A DNA stretch of 64,000 bases, taken from positions 107,820,001 to 107,884,000 of the forward strand of contig NC_058368.1 of the NCBI RefSeq assembly GCF_018350175.1, read 5' to 3'. Positions 1 to 12,973 of the stretch are shown piece by piece. The notes under the pieces are model-generated. The model made no database searches. It worked only from the letters and a program-made list of their open reading frames with translations, and was not told where the DNA came from. The position numbers were made by a program, and so were the translations under genes. This DNA is from Felis catus (taxonomy: Eukaryota). Every line of letters starts with the position of its first letter. The stretch's first letter is position 1.

Positions 1-300
1 AGAGCCATGAGAGAAAACAGGAAGGGAGTTTGAGAGACAGCCTTCAGACTATAATGCACATCCTTCCCCGAATGAAGGAGAGAAAGAAAGAGCGGTCCAG
101 GAACAGCTCCCAAGACTGTTAGGAAGTTCTAGAGGTAGTCAGTTGTCCTAGGAATCCTGTGTTTCTGAGGAATAAACCTGTTCTAGTGTCCTTGTCATGC
201 TCAGTCATTGGTTGGGAGCAGCCCACGGCAAGTGCTGTCTCAGTATAAATGCAGCCATGGAATTCAAAGGACAGTAGTTCAAACCCTTGGCTACTTGGAG
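1..300 (-). mobile_element. Old MaLR LTR fragment (MLT1K/L-like)
   Basis: TCAGTCATTGGTTGGGAGCAGCCC motif recalled from old MLT1 LTRs. Confidence 0.5.
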
Positions 301-354
301 GTCTGCAGATGACATATTCTCATGGTAGCCAAAATAGCTCTGATGTCTATTTTT

Positions 355-570
355 GGAGGAGGTGACAGAGTTTGTTTTATGCATATTCGATTTGAGATTA
401 TGAAGCAGGGAGTTTAGATAAGAGCAGTAAAAGACAGCAGCTTTATTGTGATGATGCCTCACAGAAAAACGGTCAGTGGCATTTGCAGCTTAGACTGAAG
501 CTCTGGGGTACTAATTTGAGAGCCATAAGAATAGAAATAGCAATTGAATTGATGAGAAATGAATTCACAA
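355..570 (-). mobile_element. L2 fragment
   Basis: GAGTTTGTTTTATGCATATTCGATTTGAGA...TAATTTGAGAGCCATAAG resemble antisense L2. Confidence 0.45.
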
Positions 571-599
571 CAGCCAAAATAAATTCCATAAATCCCTGA

Positions 600-1347
600 A
601 TATAAATGAGCCTTAATGCAGTAGTGTTCCCTTGCACAAAATGTTGATCATGTGCCTGCAGTATGGGGGGACATCCTAGAGAGCTTGTCACATGCCTGCT
701 TAGACAGGGGTAAACAAGTGTAAACAAAGAAGCTGAAATCGAACTTCCAGATTTTTAGGAGCCAAGAGGGGAGTGAGAAGCCACCAGAAAAGTATGCATT
801 CACTCAAGTCGAGGGGACTATAAACGAGACTATCAGCAATGGAGAGCCTCTCCAAGTACCCAAAGCAAAGTCCCCAGAAAGAAAAAAGCAACTCTAACTC
901 CTATCATGTAAAACTGTCTTCTCACAATATCAGTCAAGAGGGATATTCCCTGCCCATTACATCTTCCTCTCGTTTTGAACATGGTGGATAAGAAACTGTA
1001 ATTACTAGGTTGAGGGAGAAAGGCTGCAAACCGTAAGGTGGAGTAGGGAAAAGAGGCATAGCACTTCCTTCTCTTGCTTCCTGTCTGCCAAAGGCTCTAA
1101 TTAGAGGAGTGGAGGTTTAACCATAAATGCAGCTAGAAGCCTTATTACATTGGATTGGACATTTCAAATTCCAAATTACAATCTTATTTAAAATAACTCC
1201 AAGACTTTCTAGGACTTAAAGATGACCTTAAAAGCCATGGAATCTGTCTGTGCTTTTATTTAAGGACAGGGTAAGAACTAACCCCACTGAACAAATTTAT
1301 GCCAATATTGGGACATTGAGAGGTGCTTATTTTATAAATCTGTTACA
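600..1347 (+). mobile_element. Possible ancient Gypsy-type LTR (MamGypLTR-like)
   Basis: CAGGGTAAGAACTAACCCCACTGAACAAATTTA recalled from this family; ends TGTTACA, followed by TGGCAGC. Confidence 0.35.
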
Positions 1348-2934
1348 TAAAATGGCAGCATAAATAAGATCTGATGATTTGGGCAGCCGTGATTGCAGTT
1401 GTCTAAAGCTTCCAAGAAGGTGAAGTGTAGCAAATGCCTATTTCTGTAAGGAGATAGTATGCATAAGTGAAATTTCTTTCCAGATTAGGTAGCTAAATAT
1501 TGCCATATGTAATTCTTTTAATGGAAGATTTTTATCACTTGAATTTAAGTGTGACCTTAAAGTTATAAGAGATTATAAACTCTAGGCCATTGCCATACCT
1601 ACCTGTGCCCTAATGAACTTGAAACTAATCTCCATCTACCTTCATTTTCTTAGAGCCATAGAGTTTCTGCCACAGTCTTTGGCTAAAATGAATAACTAGA
1701 TACTGAGAACATAATGATGCACTAGATGATTTATTAATCACTGGGGAATGGCTTTTTATTAAAGCTAGTAGCTTGTCATTGCCGGGCATCATTTGGGTTT
1801 TAGTAACTCATTGTACTCTGCAAAAAGCCAGACACATTAGAATATTCTTGTAACCGGACTCAAGACCTAGGGTACTGAAAGAACAACAGCTCCCATTAGA
1901 GGATGATACCAGCTGTTAGCTGTTAGAGGAATTTCTGATTCTATCCAATAATTCTTCTGGCAGAAGTTGAGTAGTATAAGAATTGGAGTAGGGCTTTAGT
2001 ATTTTGGGGGTTTGGGGGAGTTAATCGATAATGACCTCTTGGACACTAACATAAGAATTTAAGGCTTCAATTTACTTGAGACTTTAATAATTGAACTCTA
2101 ATTGCTTCCAGGAAGGGGATTATGTTTAAATTTGGTGCATCTCAATTCATTATATTACTACCAGAATATCTTTATGATGGCTTTTGATCTTATTGCCAAA
2201 TAGCTGATAAGCTATGTTAGACAACAAGACTGGAAATAATCTGGGATAAGAGGTAGAATAGAGAGTAAATAGCCTTGGGGTTCACTTAATTAATTTGTGG
2301 TTCTAGCACAGACAGTGTCTTTTGGGACCAAGGTGGTCCAAAGAAGATGAACCAATGCTCTTACAGAAGTGAGAGTAGACCCTGTAACAGACTGTAGGTC
2401 TCCTCCCCTTAGGGAGATGTTCCCACCCCTGGGTTAGCATAAGCAGTAAAGATGGATGAGAAGCTAAGGAGTGTTCTAAGGAAATCTTTATTCCCTACTC
2501 CTGATATCTCTGCATAGAGGGACATTCTTCCCCTCTATGCCCCTTACATCTCGTAATGAGAGGAGAATGGACTCTATCCTCATCGGTGATTTTGGGACAA
2601 GAAACAAGACATGCTTAGCCTACTTCTTTCCTTCTTGAGAGTTGTCTCTCTATAGCAATGTCTGGTGTGCTGTTGTTTATGTGGAGGAAAGATTGTCATT
2701 GTTCTGTGCTGCCTGTGAATAGTGGGTGTCTAATTCTGGACAGGGATGTTTTAGGAACCTTTTTGTTCTCCAAGACCATTTCCTCCAATCCAGTTTCATC
2801 TACAGTAAATTCTGCTTATCTCTTTGGCTCTCAATAGGCTTTGATCTGCCCAGGAAAAGGAATATCACTTATTAGCCTCCTTCATACCTCAGCAAAATTA
2901 TTTGGAATAGCAAAACAATTTATAGTATAGTAGA

Positions 2935-3262
2935 GTGTCTGTGAGTAGAAGAAGGTATCAGTGATTGGAGGAAGAATTTGTATATGGTTATGGGTAAGTG
3001 TATGTGAATATTTTTATGGGCATGTGGGTGAGCTAGAAGTGTGGCTAGAAGTGTGGGTGAACATGTGTTGATATGAGTATGTGCTGTATTTCTGCGTGCA
3101 TGCAATTATGTGTATGTGTGTGCTAGTATGTGGCAGGGTGAACGTGTGTCTGAGTGCATGCATGTATGCATACATACATATGAATATGTGGCTATGCATG
3201 TGGTATGAGTGTGGCTGAGTGTTTGTGGGTGTGTCTAGTTTATATGTGTGTATATTCATGTA
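2935..3262. repeat. Degenerate GT-rich low-complexity tract
   Basis: Imperfect (TG)n/(TATG)n. Confidence 0.8.
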
Positions 3263-3990
3263 AAAGGTTCAGCAGAGGCAGATGAAACCAAAAATGCTTA
3301 AAGAGTAACAAAAAAAAAGTCCATTTCCTCAGTGAATTTCAAGATACCTTGTAGGGAAATATCAAACAAGTATTAACTTTTCAGAAATTTGCACTTAGAA
3401 TTTAACCTATAAGATTAAAATGTTAATTAATTTTAGTTAATTAATACATCTGCATAAAGCCTAGTCTCAGAACCTATGAACAGTACTTTAGTAAACCAAG
3501 ACAGTACTCCTAGAGAGCCTCGTGGATGGTTGTGCAGTTTCTGTGTGTACTGCACAATTGTTCCTGGCAAGAATAGGAGTAGGGGCTGAAATCCAACTCT
3601 TTCTCTATGTACTAAACCATGTTCCATCCACCCAGAAAGGACAGCTTTTTCTAATTTGCACAAAGATGCCCTGAGGTCCTAACTAGCACAGCAAGCTGAA
3701 ATTTTCACAGTTTATTTTCCCAAGTGTGACTTAAATGCATACCTACTTCTCTCTGGAACAGTTCCTGTCAATGGGTACCGTTTCTCATGGCCTGGAGAAA
3801 CAAATTTATTCTTAAGGAAAGGGTGACAAGGGATCCAAGAAAGTTGGAAAAGTATACTGACGGTGATTTCAGAAGCCTAAGAAGACATTCGTCCTTGGTC
3901 CAGGAAAATACGTGAATTGCCTTTGAATTCCCTCTAGAGATCCTATCACTTCTTTGCCCTTTTTTTTCTTGGCTTTTCCAAGATACATTT

Positions 3991-4210
3991 TTTTTTAATT
4001 GTTTTTTCAACGTTTATTTATTTTTGGGACAGAGAGAGACAGAGCATGAACGGGGGAGGGGCAGAGAGAGAGGGAGACACAGAATCGGAAACAGGCTCCA
4101 GGCTCTGAGCCATCAGCCCAGAGCCCGATGCGGGGCTCGAACTCACGGACCGCGAGATCATGACCTGGCTGAAGTCGGACGCTTAACCGACTGCGCCACC
4201 CAGGCGCCCC
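3991..4210 (-). mobile_element. CanSINE, youngest feline type
   Basis: Near-consensus, most CpGs intact; perfect 13-bp TSD CCAAGATACATTT (3978-3990, 4211-4223). Confidence 0.97.
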
Positions 4211-5120
4211 CCAAGATACATTTAATAATGATTGGGGATATTTGCATTCTGAGAAAGATCTCTTGAAAAATAAAAAATTCTAAAACAATGAAATGAATTT
4301 CTAATGTTACAAAGAAGCTTTTCAGGCACATGACGGTGATAGAGGTGAGAAAAGCTCATTGATTTTCCTAGGGCTCATGATTCCCATTGTGACAACATTG
4401 ATTTGTTCCTCCCAAGGTATACAAATTTCTCATGCATTTTCTCTAGAAGTCCTGAGGAAGATATCTAATTAGTCTTCCTTTCGGGAGAGCTCACTTTGGA
4501 TAAGAGATGAGTCAAATGCTTGAGGGGTAGGAAATGAGTATAATAACTTAGCCAAGTATTTTGAGACGTGTCAAAGTGAGACCAAGTATTTTGAAATTGT
4601 GAACACAGAGAATTAATACCTCTAAGAAACTTAAAGGAACATTGCATATGAAAAACTGAGCAGGGGGAGCAATGGATCATCCCAAGGAGGCGTTTACCTT
4701 TGCCAGCCTTCCCAATGTGCTGAGTCTAGGGCAAAGAAAGTTTCTCAAGCCTCATTTATCCTTTTATAGCACATTAATAAAGTGACTCACTTGTTTGTCA
4801 GCACTTTTTACTTCCCAAATTGACATCAATCACACATGCCAAGGTATACAGAATAATAAATGCACCTTCCTCCAAATCCATCTGCACTTGATTCATACAC
4901 CCCCTTTTAATTTAGTGTACCCAGGCTATATATTTTAACTCCTTAATGTAATGGGACCAGCTTTCTGCATGCCAAGGCAGCTATTTGAAGGGCACAGAAT
5001 TATTTCTTTGACCACCACCCCCTACTCCATCTTTCAAATTTCTTTCACTAGTATGTCACTGATGTATTAATTTCTATCGTGAATGATGTAAATGTCTGTG
5101 AGGAACCATGACAGCTACAT

Positions 5121-5365
5121 GATGTAGCATAAAAAGGTGAACGTATTGGATACAAACAAGCCTGGGTCTGAGTCCTCACTCTGTCAACTGCCAGCTCTTT
5201 CACCTTGAGCAACAGATTTAAATTCACTGAACCTCAATTTACTTGTCTTTAAGACTATGACAATGATTCCTAATTTTCAGAATCCTTGTGAAAATCAGCT
5301 TGTATATGAGAATTACATTAAATATCTAGCTCAGTATCTGACACTCTGGTACGAGCATTTATATA
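5121..5365 (+). mobile_element. MIR
   Basis: CCTGGGTCTGAGTCCTCACTCTGTCA..CACCTTGAGCAA..CTGAACCTCAATTT core. Confidence 0.75.
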
Positions 5366-5563
5366 ATTAAATATGTAGAAACTACCTCTTTTTTGTAAAT
5401 CTGAAAATTATAAAATCATCTTATAACAACCTTTTTTTATTTTCTTTCAAATTTTTATTTAAATTCCAATTACCATATGATGTAATATTGTTTCAGGAGT
5501 AGAATTTTGTGATTCATCACTTACGTATAACACCTAGCACTCATGAAAACAAATGCTCCCCCC

Positions 5564-5721
5564 TTTTTTTTTCTTCTTTTTTTTCACATTCTAGAATTCT
5601 GTTTATTTTTTTTTAATTAAATATAATTTATTGTCAAAGTGGTTTCCAAACAGTACCCAGTGCTCATCCCAACAGGTGCCCTCCTCTGTGCCCATCACCC
5701 GGTTTCCCATTCCCCCCCCCA
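5564..5721 (-). mobile_element. Short felid L1 3'-end inserted in the 3'UTR of the older L1
   Basis: Reverse complement matches the last ~110 nt of the full-length copy (..GGGATGAGCACTGGG..TTTGACAATAAAT); two poly-T tracts; probable TSD CCCCTTT at 5560-5566 and 5722-5728. Confidence 0.8.
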
Positions 5722-6811
5722 CCCCTTTAATACCCATCACCCATTTTCCACATTCCCCTGCCCTCCTCCCCTTCAGCAGCTATCAGTTTGTTTCTATATT
5801 TAAGAGCCTGTTTATGGTTTGTGTCTCTCTCTTTTTTTTTTTCCTATGCTCATCTGTTTTGTTTCTTAAATTACACATATGAGTTAAATCATATGGTATT
5901 TATCTTTTTCTGAGTGAGTTATTTCACTTAGCATTATACACTCTAGTTCCATCCACATCGTTGCAAGTGGCAAGACTTCATTCTTTTGGATGGCTCGTAT
6001 TCCATTGTATGTATACACCAAATCTTTTTTATCCATTCATCAGTCAATTAACATTTGGGCTCTTTCTGTAATTTGGCTTCTTTTGATAATTCTGCTATAA
6101 ACATTGGGATCTATATGTCCCTTCGAATCAGTATTCTTGTATCCTTTGGATAAAAAGCTAGTAGTTCAATTGCTGGTTCATAGGATAGTTGTATTTTTAA
6201 CTTTTTGAGTAACCTCCATACTGTTTTCCAGAGCGACTGCACCAGTTTGCATTCCCACCGACAGTGTAAGAGGGTTCTACTTACTCTGTGTCCTCACCAA
6301 CGTCTTTTGTTTCCTGTGTTGTTAGTTTTAGCCATTCTGACAGCATGAGGTAATATCTCATTGTAGCTTTCATTTGTGTTTCCCTGAAGATGAATGAGTT
6401 AAGCATCTTTTCACGTGTCTGTTGGCCATCTGGATGTCTTCTTTGGAAAAATGTCTGTTTATGTCTTTTGCCCATTTCTTAACTGGATTATTTGTTTTTT
6501 GGGGGGTGTTGAGTTTGATAACTTCTTTGTAGATTTTGGATATTAACCCTTTATCAGATGTGTCATTTATAAATATCCATTGCCATTGTGATGGTGCCTT
6601 TTAGTTTTGTTGTTTTGTTGATTCCTTCACTGTGAAGAAGCTTTTAATCTTGATGAAATCCCAATAGTTCATTTTTGCTTTTGTTTCCCTTGCTTCGGGA
6701 CACATGTCTAGTAAGGAATTGCTATGGCTGAGGTCAAAGAGGTTGCTGCCTATGTTCTCCTCTAGGATTTTGAAGGTTTCCTGTCTGACATGTAGGTCTT
6801 TCATTCATTTT

Positions 6812-7024
6812 TTTAATGTTTACTTATTTTGAGAGAAAGAGAGAGCACACAAATGAATCAGTGAAGAAGGGGCAGAGAAAGGGAGAGAGAGAATCCCAAG
6901 CAGGCTCCACACTGCCAGTGCAGAACACAACACAGGGCTCAATCTTACAAACTGTGAGATCATGACCTGAGCCAAAACCAAGAGTCAGACACATGCTCAA
7001 CTGTCTGAGCCATTCAGGTGTCCT
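6812..7024 (-). mobile_element. CanSINE in L1
   Basis: TSD GGTCTTTCATTCATTTT / GGTCTTTCCTCCATTTT. Confidence 0.92.
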
Positions 7025-7335
7025 GGTCTTTCCTCCATTTTGAATTTATTTTTGTGTACGGTATAAGAAAATGGTCCAGTTTCATTCTTCTGCATGTCGC
7101 TGTCCAATTTTCTCAACACCACTTGCTGAAGAGATTGTCTTTTTTCCATTGGATATTCCTGACTACTTTGTCGAAGATTAGTTGACCATATAGTTGCGGG
7201 TCCATTTCTGGGTTTTCTATTCTGTTCCATTGATCTGTGTACCTGTTTTTGTGCCAGTACCATACCATCTTCATGACTACAGCTTTGTAATATAGCTTAA
7301 AGTATGGAATTGTGATGCCTCTAGCTTTGCTTCAT

Positions 7336-7590
7336 TTTTTTCTTTCTTTCTTTTTTAATTTTTTTAAATGCTTACTTATTTTTGAGAGAGAGAGACAGAG
7401 AGAGAGAGACAGAGAGAGAGAGAGAGCACAAGTGGGGAGGGGCAGTGAGAGAGGGAGACACAGAATCCAAAGCAGGCTCCAGGCTCCAAGCTGTCAGCAC
7501 AAAGCCGACATGGGGCCTGAACTTACAAACTGTGAGATCATGACGTGAGCCAACATTGGAGCTCAACTGTCTGAGCCACCCAGGTGACCC
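7336..7590 (-). mobile_element. CanSINE in L1
   Basis: Poly-T, (GA)n, SINE body ending CCACCCAGGTGACCC. Confidence 0.92.
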
Positions 7591-10500
7591 TGCTTTACTT
7601 TTACAAGATTGCTTTGGCTATTCAAGGTCTTTGTGGCTCCATACAAATTTTAGGATTCTTTGTTCTAGCTCTCTGAAAAATGCTAGTGGTATTTTGATAG
7701 GAATTGCATTAAATGTGTAGATTGCTTTGGGTAGTACAGACATTTTAACAATATTTGTTCCTCCAATCCATGAGCATGGAATGTTTCTCTATTTCTTTTT
7801 GTCATCTTCAATTTCTTTCCTAAGTGTTCTATGGTTTTCAGAGTACAGGTCTTTTACTTCTTAGGTTTATTTCTATCTTCTGGTTTTTGGTGCAACAGTA
7901 CATGAAATCACCACAATCAAGTGGCATTTCCTCCTGGACCACAAGAGTGGTTTAATATTCACAAATCAATCAACGTGATAGACCACATTAATAAAAGAAA
8001 AGATAAGAACCATAAGATCTTCTCAGCAGATACAGAAAAAGCATTTGACAAAGTATAGCATCCATTCTTGATAAAAACCCTCAACAATGTAGGGTTAGAG
8101 GGAACTTACATCAACATCTTAAAGGTTATATACAGAAGACCCACAGCTAACATCATCCTCAATGTGGAACAAATGAGATATTTTTTTCTATGGTCAGGAA
8201 CAAGACAGGGATGTCCACTCTTACCACTGTTATTTAACACAGTACTGGGAGTCCTCCCCTAAGCACTCAGACAACAAAAAGAAATAAAAGCTATCCAGAT
8301 TGGCAAGGAAGAAGTCCCAACTATTTGCAGACAGCATGATATTCTATGTAGAAAACCCAAAAGACTCCACTAAAAAATTTCTACGGCTGATACCCAAATT
8401 CAGTAAAGCTACAGAATACAAAATCAACATACAGAAATTAAGTGGCAGAAAGAGAAATCAAGGACTCAATCCCATTTACAATTGTAACAAACTTTTAATA
8501 GTGATGAATTTAGTAGTAGAAGTGGCCCATTCTTCATAACATTGTTCCCCTGATATTTTACTTGCCATTAGAATGCTAAATATTTCTCTATTCTGTGTCC
8601 TATGTTAATTTAGTAATTCTTTTGTTTTAACTGAAATTCTTCCTGAAGAGATTTCATTGCTTTGCTTTTCCTTTCCTCATGGACAAGGGAATTCATCATC
8701 TGTACATCTATATCATAGCACTCATCACATTAATAATTTGGTTCATAATTTATCTGTTTATCTCACCATCTGTTGTTAACTCTTTGAAGACAGGTGTTAT
8801 GTTTTCTTCTACATCTTTATTTCTCCAGATTCCTAAATCAAATATTTACTTAACGAATCCTTATTTATAAAATTGGTGCTCACGTTATTTCTCATGAGGT
8901 AGAGAGTATGTAAATAGATAAGTGGACAGAGAGATTTTTGGTAATATATTGAAACTCAAAATAGTCAAACTTATTGATCTTTAATCTCATAGCTTTGGGT
9001 TTTGTGTTGTCAAAGAAAGGTTCAGAGAAGACATCATTTGGGGTGAGGGAGCATGGAGGGGGAAAGCTTACCTGCATGGAAGGCAGGAGTTCCGAGGCTT
9101 TAGGAGGATGGAATCACCAAACAAAAACATACAACTGGTATTTAATGATAAAGTCCACAAAGTTCTGTTCATGGTGAAAAAACCATTTATTTTAGATGGT
9201 TATCTTCTTTCCACGGGTCATGACATATCTTCAGATAGTCAGCATTGATGAAGTTGGAGTAGAGGTTTTTGTTAGAGGGAAAATAACATGAAGGAAATGC
9301 TCCAAGTTACATTGATTTGGAGTACTAGCATTCAACAGAGGACCCCAGTCTTGTGACTGGAAGTGTTTGTGACCATTGTAATGGTGGCAGGACCATTTGT
9401 CAGTTTCTTTGAAAGCTCCTCCTTGTGGACAAATCTCATTCTCTAAGTATAGGTGTGAGCATTTAGGTTTGTTTAGCAATTGATGTTTTGGTTTGGAGAA
9501 TATAATGTACAATCTTGACTTAGTATAATATTTGTTAGTAATTTAAAATCAAAGGACCCCAAATCCTTCTGAGTCCACTTTTTCCTTTCCTAATACCATA
9601 GCTGCTTAATTCTCCCTCTGTATCTTTATACTAACCATTTATTGAAATGCATAACAATAATAAAAATGTATAAAAATCATAAATGTACAGCTTCATGAAT
9701 TTTCACAAAGAGAATATATCCATGTAAGTAGCAACCAGATTAACATCAAAACATTGCCTGAAATCCTTATGCCCCTTTGAATCACTACCCTATCTTCTCT
9801 TCCTCCTATTAAGGGTAATCACCATTCTGAATTCTAATGACATAGAGTAGTTTCATCTCTTTAACTTTTTATAAATGGATTTATACATTATGTACTCTTT
9901 TCTACCTCACTCCTTTTATCCACATTATGTTTGTGAGATTCATCTATATAGTGTGTAAATGTAATTCATTCATTCTTGTTGTACAGTATGCCATTATATG
10001 CAATACTGTAATTAAGATATCTGTTCCCTTATTGATGGATATTTTGGTACTATGAACATTTCCAGGTAAGCGGTGTTACAAATAGTGCTATTATGAACAT
10101 TCTGGTACATATCTTTTGTTGGACTTCTGTATTTCTGGAGGTTATATACCAAGGGATGAAGTTGCTCAATCACAGGATATATATACCTAGGTTAACTTGA
10201 GTAGATACAATCTGACAATAGTTGTACCAATTTACACTCCTAGCAGCCTATGTATGAGAATTCTAGTTCCTCTTCAGTTTGCCAACTTTTGGTATTTTTT
10301 GTCATTTTCATCTTTACCATTCTGGTCGTTTAATTTGCATTTCCCTGATGACCATTTGGATATTCTCTTTTGTGAATTACCTGTGCAAGTCTTTATTCGT
10401 TTTTTTATATTGGGTTGTCTGCCTTTTTTCATATTTATTTAAAGGTATTCTTTATATTTTGGAATTGTACAGTATATTTTTTACTTGTGTCTGGCTTAGT

Positions 10501-12674
10501 TTTGATCCTTATGTGATGATGAAATACATCCATACTTTGCAGATAGGATTGTAGGTCATTCAGACTCATTGTTTCACTATTTCACTGTGTGGCTGTGCCA
10601 ATGGAGTCATTCACTGGTTAATCAGCATTTGGGTAATTGACAACTGTTTTGAATAGTGTTATGAACATTTTTGTATATTGTTTTGGTTCATATACCTTTA
10701 CATATCCATTAGATACCTAGGAGTAGAGTTGTTTAATTGTAAGTTAGACATACATTCAATAGATGTTACAAATTAGTTTTCCAAAGTGCTTTCAATTTTA
10801 CTTGTGTCACTAGTGAAGATTTCCGGAAGCTCCTAATAATCACAAACCCTTGGTATTATCTGTTTTATTTATTTATTCTTCATTTTAGTCATTTTGGTGA
10901 TGGGCATGTAATGATATTATCCTTGTGGTTTTAATTTGTCTTTTCTTGATAGCTAGAGAAAACAAACACCTTTTTACTTTAGGCTTTGTTTTCTTATTGA
11001 TATATGTAATTTGTTTTTATATATTGGATAGAAGTGTTTTGTCAAATATATCTGTTGCAAATATCTTCTCCCCAGCATGTGACTTTCCTTCTTCTTCTCT
11101 TAATAGTATCTTTTAATGAACAGAATTTTTTAATATTAATATAATCCAATTTATCAATTTTTTCTTTATGATTAGCAGTTTTTATATTCTATTTTTAAAA
11201 TCTTTTCTTATTCTGAAGTCATGAGTAGGTCCAACCATATTTTCTCTTAGAACCTTTATTATTTTTCCTTTCACTTTTAGATATGCCATTCATGGGGAAT
11301 TAATGATTAAGTATGCTATTTATTAAAGGTCACAATTTTATTTTTTTTCCTGTATAATCATCCAGTTGACCCAGTACCATTTATTGAGAAGACCATCTCT
11401 TAGTCTCTGCTCTGCAGTGTCATAAATGTAGTGATCATGTCTGTATGGATCTCTGTCTGGACTCTGTATTGTGTCTCTTTGTTCTATTTGGTCCTGTATT
11501 AGCAGCAGAGTACTAATTATTATAGCTGCACAATATAATACAGTAAATCTTGGCTGGATAATTTCTTTAGTTTTGTTCCTTATTAAGACTACCTTAGCTA
11601 ATCCTTGATAAGTATATTTCCGTGTAACTTCTTTTTTTTAGTATACAGTGTTTTATTAGTTTCAGGTGTACAATATAGTAATTTAACAGTTGTGTACATC
11701 ACCTAGTATTCATCAAAAATGTACTTCTCTCTCTCTTTCCCTTTGCTCATTTATTTTGTTTCTTCTATTTGTTTCTTCTAGATTTCTTCAATTTCTTTAG
11801 AAAATCTGCTGGAATTTTGTTTGGGATTGTGTTGAGTTATAGATTAGTTTGGAAGAATTGATACCTTTACAATAATGACTCTGTCAATGAATACAGCACA
11901 TCTTATTTTCACTAGATTTATTCCTTGGTAGTTGACTTTTAAAAATATATTGTAAAAAGCATATGTAAATTTTCAAATTTAATTTTTCTATTTGTTTATT
12001 GCAAGTAAACCCAAATAGAACTGATTTTTATATATTTGTATGCCGTAACCTCATTATATTCATTTACCAGTTCTAATATTCTGTCTGTAGACTGTTGTGG
12101 ATTTTTTATATTTCTAATCACATCATCTGCAAAAATGGCAGTTTTATGCCATTATATTTATGTTTATGCTATTCTCTTCCTTTCATCTTTTCCTATATTG
12201 GCTGGGACATCCAGTACAACCTGACTGGTGATAGCAGGTATCATTGTTCTGTATCTGATCTCAGAAAGAAAGCTTTCATGATTTCAACATCTTGATGGTG
12301 TTATGTTCATTGTAGATTTTTTTGTATAGCTAGTATTCATTAGGTTAAGGATGTTCCCTTCTATTTTTAGTTTCCAAAGGAATTTCTATCATGAAACGGA
12401 TGTTGAATTTTCTCAGATGCTTTTTCTGTCTCTATTGGGATGATTCTATTTTTTTCCTCCTTCCTTATGTTAGTGTAGTAAGTTACTTAGGATGAATTTG
12501 AGATGTCAACCCACCCTTGCGTTACTGGAATAAAAGTCTGTTGTTCAAGATGTGTTATCTTTTTACTATATCTCTATTTTTGTTTTGCTAATCTGTTGTT
12601 CAAGATTTTTACAACAATGTTTATGAGAGAAACTGGTCTTCACTTTTCCTTGCTGGTAATGGGCTTATCAAATG

Positions 12675-12783
12675 TTTTTGTTTTTGTTTTTAAGTTTATT
12701 TATTTTTTTCAGAGAGAGAGAGAGAGAGAGAATGTGAGTAGGGGGAGGGTAGAAAGAGAAAGGGAGAGAATATGAGGCACCCC
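12675..12783 (-). mobile_element. CanSINE with large internal deletion
   Basis: Tail and (GA)n region joined directly to terminal AGGCACCCC. Confidence 0.75.
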
Positions 12784-12973
12784 TCATGTTTTTAAATCAA
12801 AGTTAAGTTGGCCTCATAAAAATTATTGCAAAGAAGTTTTCTCTTTTTCTATTCTCTGGAAGAATTTATGTGTGGTTGGTGTTATTTCTTCCTTAAAAGT
12901 TTGGAAGACTTCATCAGTGAAGACACCTAGGTCTTAAGTTTTCTTTGGGGAAGGTTTTCATTAATGGATTCAT

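Larger units (their letters stand above)
5436..8481 (-). mobile_element. Older carnivore L1, 5'-inverted (twin-primed), interrupted by two SINEs and a short L1
   Basis: 3'UTR plus ORF2 on minus strand 5436-~7908, then plus-strand RT region ~7908-8481 (QGCPLLP, QLFADSM); degenerate TSD TTATAACAACCTTTT (5421-5435) / TTGTAACAAACTTTT (8482-8496). Confidence 0.88.

Noticed and set aside
2920..3259. His/Thr-rich ORFs
   Set aside because: Translation of a (CA)-rich low-complexity tract.
4024..4266. 80-aa ORF (and similar ORFs at 7312, 30676, 51900, 53619, 61614, 63179)
   Set aside because: Translations running through CanSINE sequence, mostly with non-ATG starts.
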